Origin: Spirochaetia bacterium | Lineage (GTDB): Bacteria; Spirochaetota; Spirochaetia; CADAEX01 | Assembly: GCA_963662265.2 (NCBI GenBank) | Contig: CAXXHA010000001.1 | Location: forward strand, 96,001 to 160,000 | Direction: 5' to 3' | Length of the DNA: 64,000 nt | In this document: piece after piece, positions 49,576-59,667 of the stretch | Position numbering within the stretch: the stretch's first letter is position 1 | Layout: every line of letters begins with the position of its first letter | Translations under genes and position numbers: made by a program | Notes under the pieces: generated by a model | Told to the model about the DNA's origin: nothing | The model's database searches: none | The model's input: only the letters and a program-made list of their open reading frames with translations

Positions 49576-50262
49576 CTAAGAGAGAATTTCCGAAGGGAGC
49601 ATCCCTGTCAGCATTTTAAACTCTTTTATCATATGAGACTGGTCATAGTAATTCATTACATACAGGCTATCCTTGTTTTTAATAAATGCATTTAACCGTT
49701 CTATTTGTGCAAAACGTTTTGGGGTTTTACCAAGATTTTTAATAAACTTTTTTTCCAGCATTCTACGGCTTATACCGACAGCTTCAGCCAGGATTTCAAT
49801 CTTAATATTTCCAGATGTTTTTTTTATTAATTTAATTGATTCAGAAATATACGGATCCTGTTTAAATCCATCAAAGCATGTAAATAAATTACTTGAAATA
49901 GCTTCAAAGGGAAATTTTCCATATTTAATATATTCTGTTTTGATTTTATCAAATGTATGTTTTTGTATTGCAGATAATTCAACAACTTTATCTGTAAGTT
50001 TAGACATTTCTTCCCGGATAAAAGCAACAGAATACCCGGGCTTTAATCTCAACCCCAGAAGTTTCTCATTTGATTTCGGATTGTGGACAAGATAAGATGT
50101 CATATGGCCAACATATTTTACCGGATCAGAACTATCAAGCGGAATAATAATATCAGAGTAATTATCAGGTAAAATTATTCTTGAGTCAGAGGAATTATCA
50201 GAAAACCAGATGTTTTCAAGAAAAGATGAACAATCAGCCGTTGGCAAATACTCTGTAAACAA
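49576..50262 (-). CDS. AraC-family regulator
   Basis: ILPD..DI, GLRLKPG, ISRRMLEKKF..LGKTPK, YYDQSHMIKEFK..TG; GTG start. Confidence 0.85.
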   Translation of the reverse strand: MFTEYLPTADCSSFLENIWFSDNSSDSRIILPDNYSDIIIPLDSSDPVKYVGHMTSYLVHNPKSNEKLLGLRLKPGYSVAFIREEMSKLTDKVVELSAIQKHTFDKIKTEYIKYGKFPFEAISSNLFTCFDGFKQDPYISESIKLIKKTSGNIKIEILAEAVGISRRMLEKKFIKNLGKTPKRFAQIERLNAFIKNKDSLYVMNYYDQSHMIKEFKMLTGMLPSEILS

Positions 50263-50545
50263 ATCTTCCTCCGCACAAAAAATATTTATAAATAATGTAA
50301 TTAAACTCAGTCGAAGATATCTGATTATATCAAATTAACTGCTGATTGAATATTATTTACTGTTCCATATAAAAAATGGATCAAAAAAACTGAAGACATA
50401 ATAAATCTATACAACATTCAATATCAGCATTTACAGCAGACAACAACAGAAATTAAACTTATAATATATTAAGTAAACAGTAATATTTTTATACTTCATC
50501 TGTTATAACATTTGAAGTAAAAAAACTTTTTAAGGGATAAATAAT

Positions 50546-50995
50546 ATGAAAAAAACAATTTTCTTTTTAATAATAATTACAGCTATTTTAATCGGTTGTA
50601 CCACAGAGAATAAAAATGTTCCACAATCTGCTGATCCCGAGATAACTGAAATTACCGGAATATACTGGAAATTAATAGAATTGAACGGAAGAGCAATAAC
50701 AGAAAATAACAAATTCAATAAGGAACCTCATTTTATATTGTTAAAAGAAAACAACAGGATTACAGGATCAGGAGGATGTAATATTTTCAATGGCAGCTAC
50801 ACAATTGAAAAAGGGAGCAGAATCATTTTTTCAGAAATGATGACTACCATGATGTCATGTCCAGGTATTGATATTGAAAGGGAATTTCTTGACATACTTG
50901 CAAAGTGCGACAATTTTTCTTTATCAGGAGATATTCTGCATTTGAATAAAGCAAGAATGGCCCCCCTTGCAAAGTTTCAGGCTGTCCCGCAATAG
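50546..50995 (+). CDS. META domain (HslJ-like) lipoprotein
   Basis: Lipobox LIGC, WKLIELNG, GSGGCNIFNGSY, TTMMSC. Confidence 0.9.
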   Translation: MKKTIFFLIIITAILIGCTTENKNVPQSADPEITEITGIYWKLIELNGRAITENNKFNKEPHFILLKENNRITGSGGCNIFNGSYTIEKGSRIIFSEMMTTMMSCPGIDIEREFLDILAKCDNFSLSGDILHLNKARMAPLAKFQAVPQ

Positions 50996-51057
50996 CAGTG
51001 TTGCTGAAATCCGGCCGCACAGCAGTACAAAGGTTTCAAGTTGATAACGATTATATA

Positions 51058-52530
51058 TTATGTTCTTAAAACAACGACTGTGTTACGCCCTTTTTCTTTT
51101 GCTTTATATAATGCCTGATCAGCACTGTTGGTGAATTGGCGGACATCAACATTTTTGCTGTGTTTCATAGATGCAACACCGATACTTAATGTGATTCTTC
51201 CATTCGGAGAAGAACTGTTTTCAATATTAGCCTGATAAACAGCCAGAACAATTTTCCCTGCTATTTTTTCAGCATCGCTTTCAGACACCTGATCGAGTAC
51301 CAGTATAAATTCCTCTCCCCCATACCTGGCAAAGACATCCTGTTTTCTTATCGTATTATTGATGAGATTTGTAACAGATATCAGTACTTCATCCCCTTTA
51401 ATATGGCCGTAAGTATCATTATAACCTTTGAAGTGATCGATATCCATCATCAGAAGACTTATTTCAGAGCAACCATCTGCAGACTTCCACAGGTTTTCCA
51501 TATACAGGTTGAAATATCTCCTGTTGAAAATACCTGTAAGGAAATCTCTTTCATTGTCTAATGTAAGAAGCTGGTTTTTCTTTTCCAGTTCCTGTTTAAT
51601 GCGGATTATCAGCTGAAGAAGCATCAGGATAATTCCCAGCATCAGCAAGTTGAATATAATGCTTTTATTATTCAGTTTGATGAAATGAATAATATCATGG
51701 TTTTCAACAGCTGCTACAGAAAGATACCATTCACCATCTTCTATTTTTCTGATGATGCCTCTGGTCTTTTTGCCGGCAGCAACATATTCCATCCGTACAA
51801 TTTGGTTTGTATTCTTAACCTCTTCAATGTAACTGAGGAATAAATCCTGCCGTGCAAAGTAGGATTCGTAATGCTGTTTTTCAAATATATTTGTACCAAC
51901 AAGGTCCTGTCTCAGTGTATGAACAATAACTGTTCCTTCAGAGTTCAGCAGGTATGTATATATATTTTTGCCGCTTATCTGATTTGCAAGCCATTTACTG
52001 ATATTATTCATGAAGACATCAGCTGATATGACACCGACAAATCTACTGTCCAGGTAAAGAGGAGAACTTATAGTTACTGTCCTGTCTCCGGTTTCCAGGT
52101 CAATATAAACATCAGAAATAATTGTATCATTTGCCTGAATAGCTTCCTTGTACCATATACGGGTCCTCGGATCATAATCATCAGGAGGTATCCACTCACC
52201 TCCGGTTATAAATTCACCGGATGCAAAACCTATATATATCTGGGAAATATCAGGATCATCATTATTTATATTGAGATACGGGTTCAATGTATTCCAGCCG
52301 GTAATTTCTTCATAACTGAAGTTATCAACAAAATCTTTTGCTGTATTCAGGATTTCCTTTTTGTTGCTGATCCATGAAGTAAAATCAGTTGTATCTTTAT
52401 GTAAGTCATTAACCAGTTTATTGTATTGGTTTTCACTGCTTTTATTACTGAGATCATGAACATTGTAAATAATAAATATTATTATTGAGATAACTAGTAA
52501 TAATATGATTAAGCTGAATTTTTTTCTCAT
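51058..52530 (-). CDS. diguanylate cyclase with extracytoplasmic Cache domain
   Basis: YDPRTRIWY Cache motif, two TM helices, DFLTGIFNRR, DIDHFK.YNDTYGH, I-site RKQD, RYGGEEF. Confidence 0.95.
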   Translation of the reverse strand: MRKKFSLIILLLVISIIIFIIYNVHDLSNKSSENQYNKLVNDLHKDTTDFTSWISNKKEILNTAKDFVDNFSYEEITGWNTLNPYLNINNDDPDISQIYIGFASGEFITGGEWIPPDDYDPRTRIWYKEAIQANDTIISDVYIDLETGDRTVTISSPLYLDSRFVGVISADVFMNNISKWLANQISGKNIYTYLLNSEGTVIVHTLRQDLVGTNIFEKQHYESYFARQDLFLSYIEEVKNTNQIVRMEYVAAGKKTRGIIRKIEDGEWYLSVAAVENHDIIHFIKLNNKSIIFNLLMLGIILMLLQLIIRIKQELEKKNQLLTLDNERDFLTGIFNRRYFNLYMENLWKSADGCSEISLLMMDIDHFKGYNDTYGHIKGDEVLISVTNLINNTIRKQDVFARYGGEEFILVLDQVSESDAEKIAGKIVLAVYQANIENSSSPNGRITLSIGVASMKHSKNVDVRQFTNSADQALYKAKEKGRNTVVVLRT

Positions 52531-52769
52531 TATATATGCCTTTAATAATTATATAACAGATTATTATAAAACCCCATAAGACTATAACATGTTCAAACAT
52601 TTATTCGATAGTGATTCAGCATAATATTCAGTTAAAGAGATATAAAATGATTAATATTAATAATATACCCTGTCTTTTTCACTTGCCCATAGAGCCGGAA
52701 AATAATTTTTAATAACAATTTCAGTAATTCACTTACAGATAAACAAAATAAATACTTTATTCTGAAATT

Positions 52770-54155
52770 CTACATGCCCGGAATATTCAGAGGTTTCTTA
52801 AAAAAGAAATCTGAAACTTTTTCAGAAAAACTGTCAAGCAGACCAATATCGTCAAGCAGCTGAAGAATTGTATATCTTGTTCGGATCTCCTTTGACATTC
52901 TGATTCCGCTGCAAAGTGAATCCCTGCTGATTCCAATCTGGGCCGGAGTATGAGATGCACCGAGATCTTTCAGGATTTTTTCAATAATTCCGTTTTCGGG
53001 AATTACTATTTTTATTGTAGAAAGAATATCATCCCAGTTATTTTCTATAGCATTTACCCTTTTTATATATTCACTTTTATTGTATTTGTTTTCTTTTAAA
53101 TTCTGCTCTACTATTGCGTTTGATGCCTTTCCGAAAACGCCATGTACAGCATCAGTCCAGTTTCTGATATTTTTTCTGTTTATTTTGTCCCGTGCTTCAT
53201 TAAAATCAACATGTGCTGACAGCAGCATATCATACAGCTTCAGAATAACAACAGCTGTTACACCTACTTCAATACCATGCAGAACAGGAGTTTTATTATT
53301 CATTAATGACATCATTTCAAAATAGTGCGACAGATGATGTTCAGATCCGGAAGCCGGCCTGGAATTCCTGACAAACCCCATTGCAATACCGATCAATACA
53401 AGTCCTGCCACCAGGTTTTCTATTGATTCAATTTTTCTATTCTTGATTCCTTCGGTGTCTCCAATACACTTTTTTACCGATTCTCTTACCATTTCAATAA
53501 CACTGGGACAGTAGTATTCATTATTTATTATCCGGCCCAATTCCCAATCACACAAAGAAGTATACTTCCCAAGCATATCACCCAATCCTGCAAAAATCAT
53601 ATTCAGGGGGGCATTTTTAATGATATCGGTATCAGCAATAATTACTTTCGGAAATCCAGCCTCATAAGTAGTCTTGAGGTTGTCAATTATCAGAGCAGAT
53701 CCTACAGAAGCAAATCCATCCATCGAAGGTGCAGTAATCACTATTATATAAGGTATTTTACATCTGTTGCTTACATATTTGCAAAGATCATTGATTGTTC
53801 CGCTGCCGACAGCAATTATCAGATCCACCGAATCATCTATCTTTGCCATTACTGAGCCGATTGTAAATTCGTCAGGCACAATTGAGTTACTGCTTTTCAG
53901 TATGCATGTTTCAAGTTTTTCAATTTTTGCAGAGAGAACACTATCCACCTGTTTTCCGGCAGCTTTATAACAGTTATCATCAGTAACCATTAAAGCTTTT
54001 TTAAAACCATTTTTCTCCAAAACTCCCGGCAACAAATTAACAGCACCGCTTGATATCAGAATATCATCAATATCAATCTTATGTTCTCTGCCGCAACTGC
54101 ATTTAATACTGTTACCAAGTAATTCATTAATTTCAAGTTCACTCATTTTCTTCAT
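52770..54155 (-). CDS. sn-glycerol-1-phosphate dehydrogenase (AraM/EgsA family)
   Basis: CSCGREH, AVGSGTINDLCK, TAPSMDGFAS, AGLGDMLGK, SRPASGSEHHLSH, LHGIEVG. ATG at 54155 preferred. Confidence 0.88.
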   Translation of the reverse strand: MKKMSELEINELLGNSIKCSCGREHKIDIDDILISSGAVNLLPGVLEKNGFKKALMVTDDNCYKAAGKQVDSVLSAKIEKLETCILKSSNSIVPDEFTIGSVMAKIDDSVDLIIAVGSGTINDLCKYVSNRCKIPYIIVITAPSMDGFASVGSALIIDNLKTTYEAGFPKVIIADTDIIKNAPLNMIFAGLGDMLGKYTSLCDWELGRIINNEYYCPSVIEMVRESVKKCIGDTEGIKNRKIESIENLVAGLVLIGIAMGFVRNSRPASGSEHHLSHYFEMMSLMNNKTPVLHGIEVGVTAVVILKLYDMLLSAHVDFNEARDKINRKNIRNWTDAVHGVFGKASNAIVEQNLKENKYNKSEYIKRVNAIENNWDDILSTIKIVIPENGIIEKILKDLGASHTPAQIGISRDSLCSGIRMSKEIRTRYTILQLLDDIGLLDSFSEKVSDFFFKKPLNIPGM

Positions 54156-54262
54156 TTTAGACCCTGTTCCTGTTTGTTGAGAATTTCGCAGCTGGTAATA
54201 AACAGCATTATATAAAGGGAACTGCAGACTGCTTGACACACCCTGCAATCCCCTGATTTATT

Positions 54263-55318
54263 CTATTCTTTTATTGCATTATTCCATGCTTCAACCAGAC
54301 GGCCCTTGTTTGCGCCTGACCAGCTGAAATCATAATTGATGAGTTTTGTACTTTTTAACGGGGCAGCTTCTGCCGGAGGATTGGCATCTACATTAGTCAG
54401 GAAATGATATGAACCATGTTTCTGTCCAATTTCCTGAGTTTCTTTTGTAAGTGACCAGTCAACAAATATTTTGGCAGCTTCAAATTCAGGAGCTCCCTTT
54501 ATTATTCCGACTGCACCTATTTCATACCCTGTGCCTTCTTCAGGAGCAGATATCTTGACATTTTCAAAGCCTTCCTTAATATGTCTCAAGCCGTTCTGAA
54601 GAAATGTGATACCTATTGCACATTCTCCAAGTGCTGCTGATTTTGCAGGAGCTGAACCGGATTTTGTATACTGTTTTATCTGCTTGTGCAGTTTTCCCAT
54701 ATAGCTGAGAGCCTTTTCTTCCCCTGTAAGCTGAACCATTGTTGAGAGGAAAGTATAGGCAGTTCCTGACGAACCTGGATTGGCAACAATTATATTTCCC
54801 TTGAATTCCGGTTTCAGAAGATCGTCCCATGATTTTGGAAGGTCGATGTTATTTTCATCAAAATATCTTCCGTCACAGACAAATCCCAGATATCCCTGAT
54901 AAATACCTGTCCAGTAGCCTTCAGGATCTTTAAACTGTTCAGATATTTTAGGTGAAGTTTTTGATACATATTTTTCCAGCAAGCCCTCATTAGCAGCTGC
55001 TATAAAAGAATCAGCAGGACCGCCGTACCATACACTGGCTTTCGGATTTTCTTTTTCAGCTCTAATTCTGCTCAGAATTTCTCCACCGCTCATCCTTACA
55101 AAATCAACCCGGATCCCTGTTTCTTTTTCAAATTCCTGGGCTTTGATAATTGCCTCTTCTTCGAGAACTCCCATATAAACAGTAACATGATCTGATACAG
55201 CTTTTTCAGCAGAACCTGTATCATTCTTACTGCCTGCTGAGGAACCCTTATCACTGCATCCTGCCAGCAATAACATAAACACCACACAAATTAAAACATT
55301 TCTCATAATAATCTTCAT
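54263..55318 (-). CDS. ABC substrate-binding lipoprotein (AfuA/Fe3+/sugar-phosphate class)
   Basis: Lipobox LAGC, RIRAEKENP, WYGGP.D, SWDDLLKPEFKG, ANPGSSGTAY, GTGYEIG. Confidence 0.9.
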   Translation of the reverse strand: MKIIMRNVLICVVFMLLLAGCSDKGSSAGSKNDTGSAEKAVSDHVTVYMGVLEEEAIIKAQEFEKETGIRVDFVRMSGGEILSRIRAEKENPKASVWYGGPADSFIAAANEGLLEKYVSKTSPKISEQFKDPEGYWTGIYQGYLGFVCDGRYFDENNIDLPKSWDDLLKPEFKGNIIVANPGSSGTAYTFLSTMVQLTGEEKALSYMGKLHKQIKQYTKSGSAPAKSAALGECAIGITFLQNGLRHIKEGFENVKISAPEEGTGYEIGAVGIIKGAPEFEAAKIFVDWSLTKETQEIGQKHGSYHFLTNVDANPPAEAAPLKSTKLINYDFSWSGANKGRLVEAWNNAIKE

Positions 55319-55489
55319 AACCTACTCCTATAATTAAAAATGACTTCTTTACTTCCTATCCTGTATTCCAGTTTTCAGGCAAAAATATTAAAGAACATGC
55401 ATCCTGGTATTAAGTGATAGCTTTTTAACAAGTAATACATATTTTTTTATCTGCTGAACGACACCTCCTTAAACCGATTCATTATTTTT

Positions 55490-56578
55490 TCAAATAATGT
55501 GAATGCATTCTTCCTGAACACTGAGCTTGACTTTTTCATCATCAAAAAATATTTCCTTTCCGACAGGATTTGCCTCTTCGATAAAAAGGGGATAACCGTT
55601 AACTGATACCGAATACTCCTGTCTGGATCCCATATAAGTTGACATTGTAACAACGCCGTCAAGCTGACCTTTTTTTCCGACTGATATTGATTCAGGTCTT
55701 ATAACCAGTTTTACTTTCTGGTCTATTTCATATTCTTTTTCTGCAGCGGCCGGAATTCTGAGAGTATTTCCAAACAAGTCGACATTTACAGTTTCACTTT
55801 CAATTTTCCTGACTGTTCCCTCAACAATATTGGCCCGCCCGATAAAATCAGCAACAAAGGATGTCTTCGGATGCTGATAAATTTCCTGGGGAGTTCCCAC
55901 CTGCTCAATCCGCCCTTTGTTCATGATGATTATCTTGTCAGACATACTCATAGCTTCAACCTGATCATGGGTAACATAGATACTAGTCAAATTCAGTCTC
56001 CGCTGAATTTTCCTTATTTCTGTTCTCATATAAGCACGCAGTTTTGCATCAAGATTTGAAAGCGGTTCATCAAAAAGCAGCACCTCGGGTTCCATTACAA
56101 GGGCACGGGCAAGAGCAACACGCTGCTGCTGACCTCCTGAAAGCTGGTTGGGACTCCTTGATTCAAGTCCGTCCAGATTCACAAGACTCAAAACTTCCTC
56201 AACTTTTGATTTAATATTTCCGTTACTGACTTTTGATTTATTCAACCTGAGACCGTAGGCAACATTGTCGAATACACTGTAATGAGGAAACAAAGCATAA
56301 CTCTGGAAAACCATTGCTGTATCCCTGTTGTTGGGCGGCACATTATTAATTTTTTTATTTCCTATATATATTTCACCGCTGGTGGGTATTTCAAATCCGG
56401 CAATCATCCGGAGCGTTGTTGTTTTTCCGCAGCCTGATGGACCAAGCAGGGTAACAAAATCCCCTGCATTAATATCAAGTGAAATATTATCAACAGCCTT
56501 GAAAAGACTTTTCCCGTCATGGGTTATATATTCTTTGGATATATTTTCAAACCTTACATTTTTTGATTTCTGTTCCAA
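55490..56578 (-). CDS. ABC transporter ATP-binding protein (PotA/AfuC-like)
   Basis: GPSGCGKT, LSGGQQQRVALAR, LFDEPLSNLD, TOBE domain. Confidence 0.95.
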   Translation of the reverse strand: MEQKSKNVRFENISKEYITHDGKSLFKAVDNISLDINAGDFVTLLGPSGCGKTTTLRMIAGFEIPTSGEIYIGNKKINNVPPNNRDTAMVFQSYALFPHYSVFDNVAYGLRLNKSKVSNGNIKSKVEEVLSLVNLDGLESRSPNQLSGGQQQRVALARALVMEPEVLLFDEPLSNLDAKLRAYMRTEIRKIQRRLNLTSIYVTHDQVEAMSMSDKIIIMNKGRIEQVGTPQEIYQHPKTSFVADFIGRANIVEGTVRKIESETVNVDLFGNTLRIPAAAEKEYEIDQKVKLVIRPESISVGKKGQLDGVVTMSTYMGSRQEYSVSVNGYPLFIEEANPVGKEIFFDDEKVKLSVQEECIHII

Positions 56579-56595
56579 TTATTTCTCCTTCAAAC

Positions 56596-58314
56596 CTAAA
56601 CAAATTTAACATCTTTTTTACTGACGCCGACAAACCCGATTAACTTGTATAAAATCAAAATCATTAAATATACTATAAGAATCAGAATTGTAGAAAATGC
56701 TGATGCAACACCAAATTTTCCTGTTTCAACCTGATCAAGAATCTGCACTGTAAGAAAATTATACCTGGCAGAAATCAGAAAGATTACGCCGCTTATAGCT
56801 GTCATGCTTCTTATAAAGGAATAGACAAGTCCTCCGAAAAAAGCTGTTTTTATAAGGGGGATGGTAACAGAAGTAAATACTTTCGCGGACCCGGCTCCAA
56901 GATCTGCTGCAGCTTCTTCAATTCCCGGATCAATCTGCTGCAGAGAAGATATTCCCGCCCTTATACTCAAAGGTATACTCCTGGCAACCAGAGCAATAAC
57001 CAGAATTGCGGCTGTTCCTGTAATTGCTATAGGTTTTGAATTAAAAGCAAGAATATATCCAATTCCAATAATTGTGCCCGGAACAGCAATACAGAGCATG
57101 GATGTAAAATCAATCAGATTCCTTCCTATAAATCTTTTCCGGACAATAAGAAAAGCGATTACCATACCAAGTATACCGGTTATAGGCATTGCAATAAGGG
57201 ACAGCCAGGTAGTTTGGAGAATAGCCTTTGTTCCGACAGACAGTGCATATTTATAATGATCAAGTGTCAAACTGTAATTAATTCCCCACAGCTTCACAAA
57301 GGAGCCGAGAGGAATAAGAACATAAAGAAGAAGCACAATTCCCGACAGCAGGTAAACACCGGCAGCAATAGGATAACGTATGTGCTTTTCCTCAATCATG
57401 ACTCTTTCCCTTGCTGCCTTTCCTGTCACAGTTATATATACTTTTTTCTCAATCCAGTATTTCGAAACTATGAAAAGTATAATAGAAATATTAAGAAGTA
57501 CAGTTGCAATTGCAGCCCCGCCCTGCATGTCATAATTCCCTATAGCCTGCAGATAAACCTGGGTAGCCATGGTCGGAAAATTGCCTCCAATTGTCATTGG
57601 ATTTCCGAAATCAGCTATTGAAGAAATAAAAACAAGGATAAATGAATTGATTAGTCCCGGTGAAACAAGAGGCACTGTTACTTTTCTGAAAGTTTCCCAC
57701 CTGCTTCCCCCCAGATTCATTGATGCCTCTTCCATTGAAGGATCAATACCCCGGATCATTCCATTCAGAAGAAGATAGGAAATAGGGAAAAAGGTTAATG
57801 TCTGAACAAATATAAGCCCTTTTAAACCATATATATTAAAATTTCTTATTCCGAGCACATTATATGTAATAAGCCCCCTGCTGCCGAAAAGAAGGATTAT
57901 TGAAAGAGCCACAGCAAACGGAGGAGATATGATCGGGAGCATTGCAACAAGGTCAAAAATCTTTTTCCCCGACATTTTTATATAGACACTTGAGTATGAA
58001 AAGAGAAACCCAATCATTGTGGCAAGGATTCCTACAACACATCCAAGAAATACGGAATTCCAGATTGCCCTGATATTGTCAGAGTATTTAAAAACCCTTA
58101 GATACCCTTCCAGGGTAAAAGAACCATTTTCACTGATAACACTCTGTATTATTACTTTATACAGAGGAAGAACTATAAATAAAAAAACAGTGACAAATAC
58201 AAGCAAAATAAAAAAAACAAGAACAGGATCCCTGATTATTTTTTTCATATCTTTTATCTGATTTTTTATCTTTAAGAAATGATTCGTTGTTACACATCTT
58301 GCAGCTAAATCCAT
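56596..58314 (-). CDS. ABC transporter permease (AfuB/FbpB-like, two permease repeats)
   Basis: Two EAA loops (EEASMNLG, EEAAADLGA), PIISPPF, ADFGNP. Confidence 0.93.
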   Translation of the reverse strand: MDLAARCVTTNHFLKIKNQIKDMKKIIRDPVLVFFILLVFVTVFLFIVLPLYKVIIQSVISENGSFTLEGYLRVFKYSDNIRAIWNSVFLGCVVGILATMIGFLFSYSSVYIKMSGKKIFDLVAMLPIISPPFAVALSIILLFGSRGLITYNVLGIRNFNIYGLKGLIFVQTLTFFPISYLLLNGMIRGIDPSMEEASMNLGGSRWETFRKVTVPLVSPGLINSFILVFISSIADFGNPMTIGGNFPTMATQVYLQAIGNYDMQGGAAIATVLLNISIILFIVSKYWIEKKVYITVTGKAARERVMIEEKHIRYPIAAGVYLLSGIVLLLYVLIPLGSFVKLWGINYSLTLDHYKYALSVGTKAILQTTWLSLIAMPITGILGMVIAFLIVRKRFIGRNLIDFTSMLCIAVPGTIIGIGYILAFNSKPIAITGTAAILVIALVARSIPLSIRAGISSLQQIDPGIEEAAADLGAGSAKVFTSVTIPLIKTAFFGGLVYSFIRSMTAISGVIFLISARYNFLTVQILDQVETGKFGVASAFSTILILIVYLMILILYKLIGFVGVSKKDVKFV

Positions 58315-58332
58315 TCAACTCCCCTTGATCAG

Positions 58333-58430
58333 AAACATTTTTATCATTTAACAACATATTGACACTGTCATTATTACATACTTTTACATTTTGTCAACAT
58401 TTTTTAACATTTTTTAACATTTAATAACGT
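58333..58430 (-). promoter_or_regulatory. promoter region with 10-bp-periodic AACATTTT repeats (candidate DeoR operator)
   Basis: AACATTTTTT tandem x2 plus AACATTT at 58396-58422 overlapping minus-strand TTGACA (58397-58392); similar AACAT boxes at 59412-59446 before the regulator. Confidence 0.5.
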
Positions 58431-58522
58431 AAATAATTACATACAGCGTCAGAACAGCTGTATGTTTTTCAGTGAGTAAATATTATTTATGATAAGTTTT
58501 GATTAAAAAAACAGACTGTATA

Positions 58523-59326
58523 TTATGAAAGATCAGAAATATCAGCTATATGAACTCTTATCCCCATATTCCTGATTTTACAAACATACATTTCATCAAG
58601 ATCACTGTCTGTAACCAGATCAGTTACTTTATCTATTTCTGAAGTGAGAAAATTTGACACTTTTCCGATTTTGGAAGAATCAGCAACTACAATAACAAGC
58701 CCGGTTGTCTGTTTTATCATAAGGTTGTTAAGCATTGCTTCTGCATAGACAGGTGTTGTAAGACCATGAGTCAGGCTGAATCCGTCAACACCTATTACTG
58801 CTTTTGATCCATACACTTCCCTCACTGTTCTGAAAGCAGTTTCCCCGACAAGAGAGAAAGATTCTCTCCTCAGTTCCCCCCCTATCATAATAACCTTGAC
58901 CTTTTCTGAAAGGGTTTCAGAAGGAGCTTTGGCATTGTTTGTAATAATTTTAACCCTTTCTTTGGAAACAAACCTGAGAAACTGAAGTGTTGTGGAGCCT
59001 GAATTGACAAAAACAGTATCATCCTCATCTATCAGGGTTGCAACAAGACGCCCGATAGCTTCTTTTTTTATTTTGTTTTTCTGACTTTTCTGTGCATATA
59101 AAGGTTCAAGGCTTATATGATCAGATATCAATGCACCTCCATGTGTTCTTTCAAGTAATCCGTCTTTTTCCATAACTTCAAGATCACGTCTTATTGTCAT
59201 TTCAGTAACATTAAACTGTTTGCTTAATTCGCCGATGCTTACAATCTTCTTTTCCTGTATTATGCTGAAAATAGTATCCCGGCGTTTTGCTGGAATTAAT
59301 CCGTCTTTCTGAATCTGATTATTCAT
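58523..59326 (-). CDS. DeoR/GlpR-family transcriptional regulator
   Basis: VTEMTIRRDL..ERTHGGA, NSGSTT, ADSSK. ATG at 59326 with GGAGG RBS. Confidence 0.92.
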   Translation of the reverse strand: MNNQIQKDGLIPAKRRDTIFSIIQEKKIVSIGELSKQFNVTEMTIRRDLEVMEKDGLLERTHGGALISDHISLEPLYAQKSQKNKIKKEAIGRLVATLIDEDDTVFVNSGSTTLQFLRFVSKERVKIITNNAKAPSETLSEKVKVIMIGGELRRESFSLVGETAFRTVREVYGSKAVIGVDGFSLTHGLTTPVYAEAMLNNLMIKQTTGLVIVVADSSKIGKVSNFLTSEIDKVTDLVTDSDLDEMYVCKIRNMGIRVHIADISDLS

Positions 59327-59667
59327 ATTGTATCCTCCAGGAAAAGCCTGCAATACTGATATTTAAATATAATATTTCCATGATATTACTGACAGAATAG
59401 TGGCCAAAGATAACATTGTCAATAATTTTATAACATTTTCCAACATCACAATCAGATACAGCTTTATTCACGCTTTTAGAATACAAGACAGTTCAAGACT
59501 GATAGCGACTTTATCAAACATGTACTAGCTGAAGCAGCCCCTTTTATTTTTTATGGTAACTAACAACACTCTTGTAATTTAAATAAAGAACAACTATAAT
59601 CATTATAATTACTTTGAAAATTATTTTTCTTTGTATATTTCTGGAATAAAAACTGTATAGGTCTATT

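Noticed and set aside
50311-50322. TCGAAGATATCT 12-mer identical to the relic at 29681
   Set aside because: Too short and not followed by an inverted-repeat end
55330-55480. Strong AAGGAGGTG Shine-Dalgarno in the ATPase-to-binding-protein spacer
   Set aside because: No properly spaced start codon with a meaningful ORF follows
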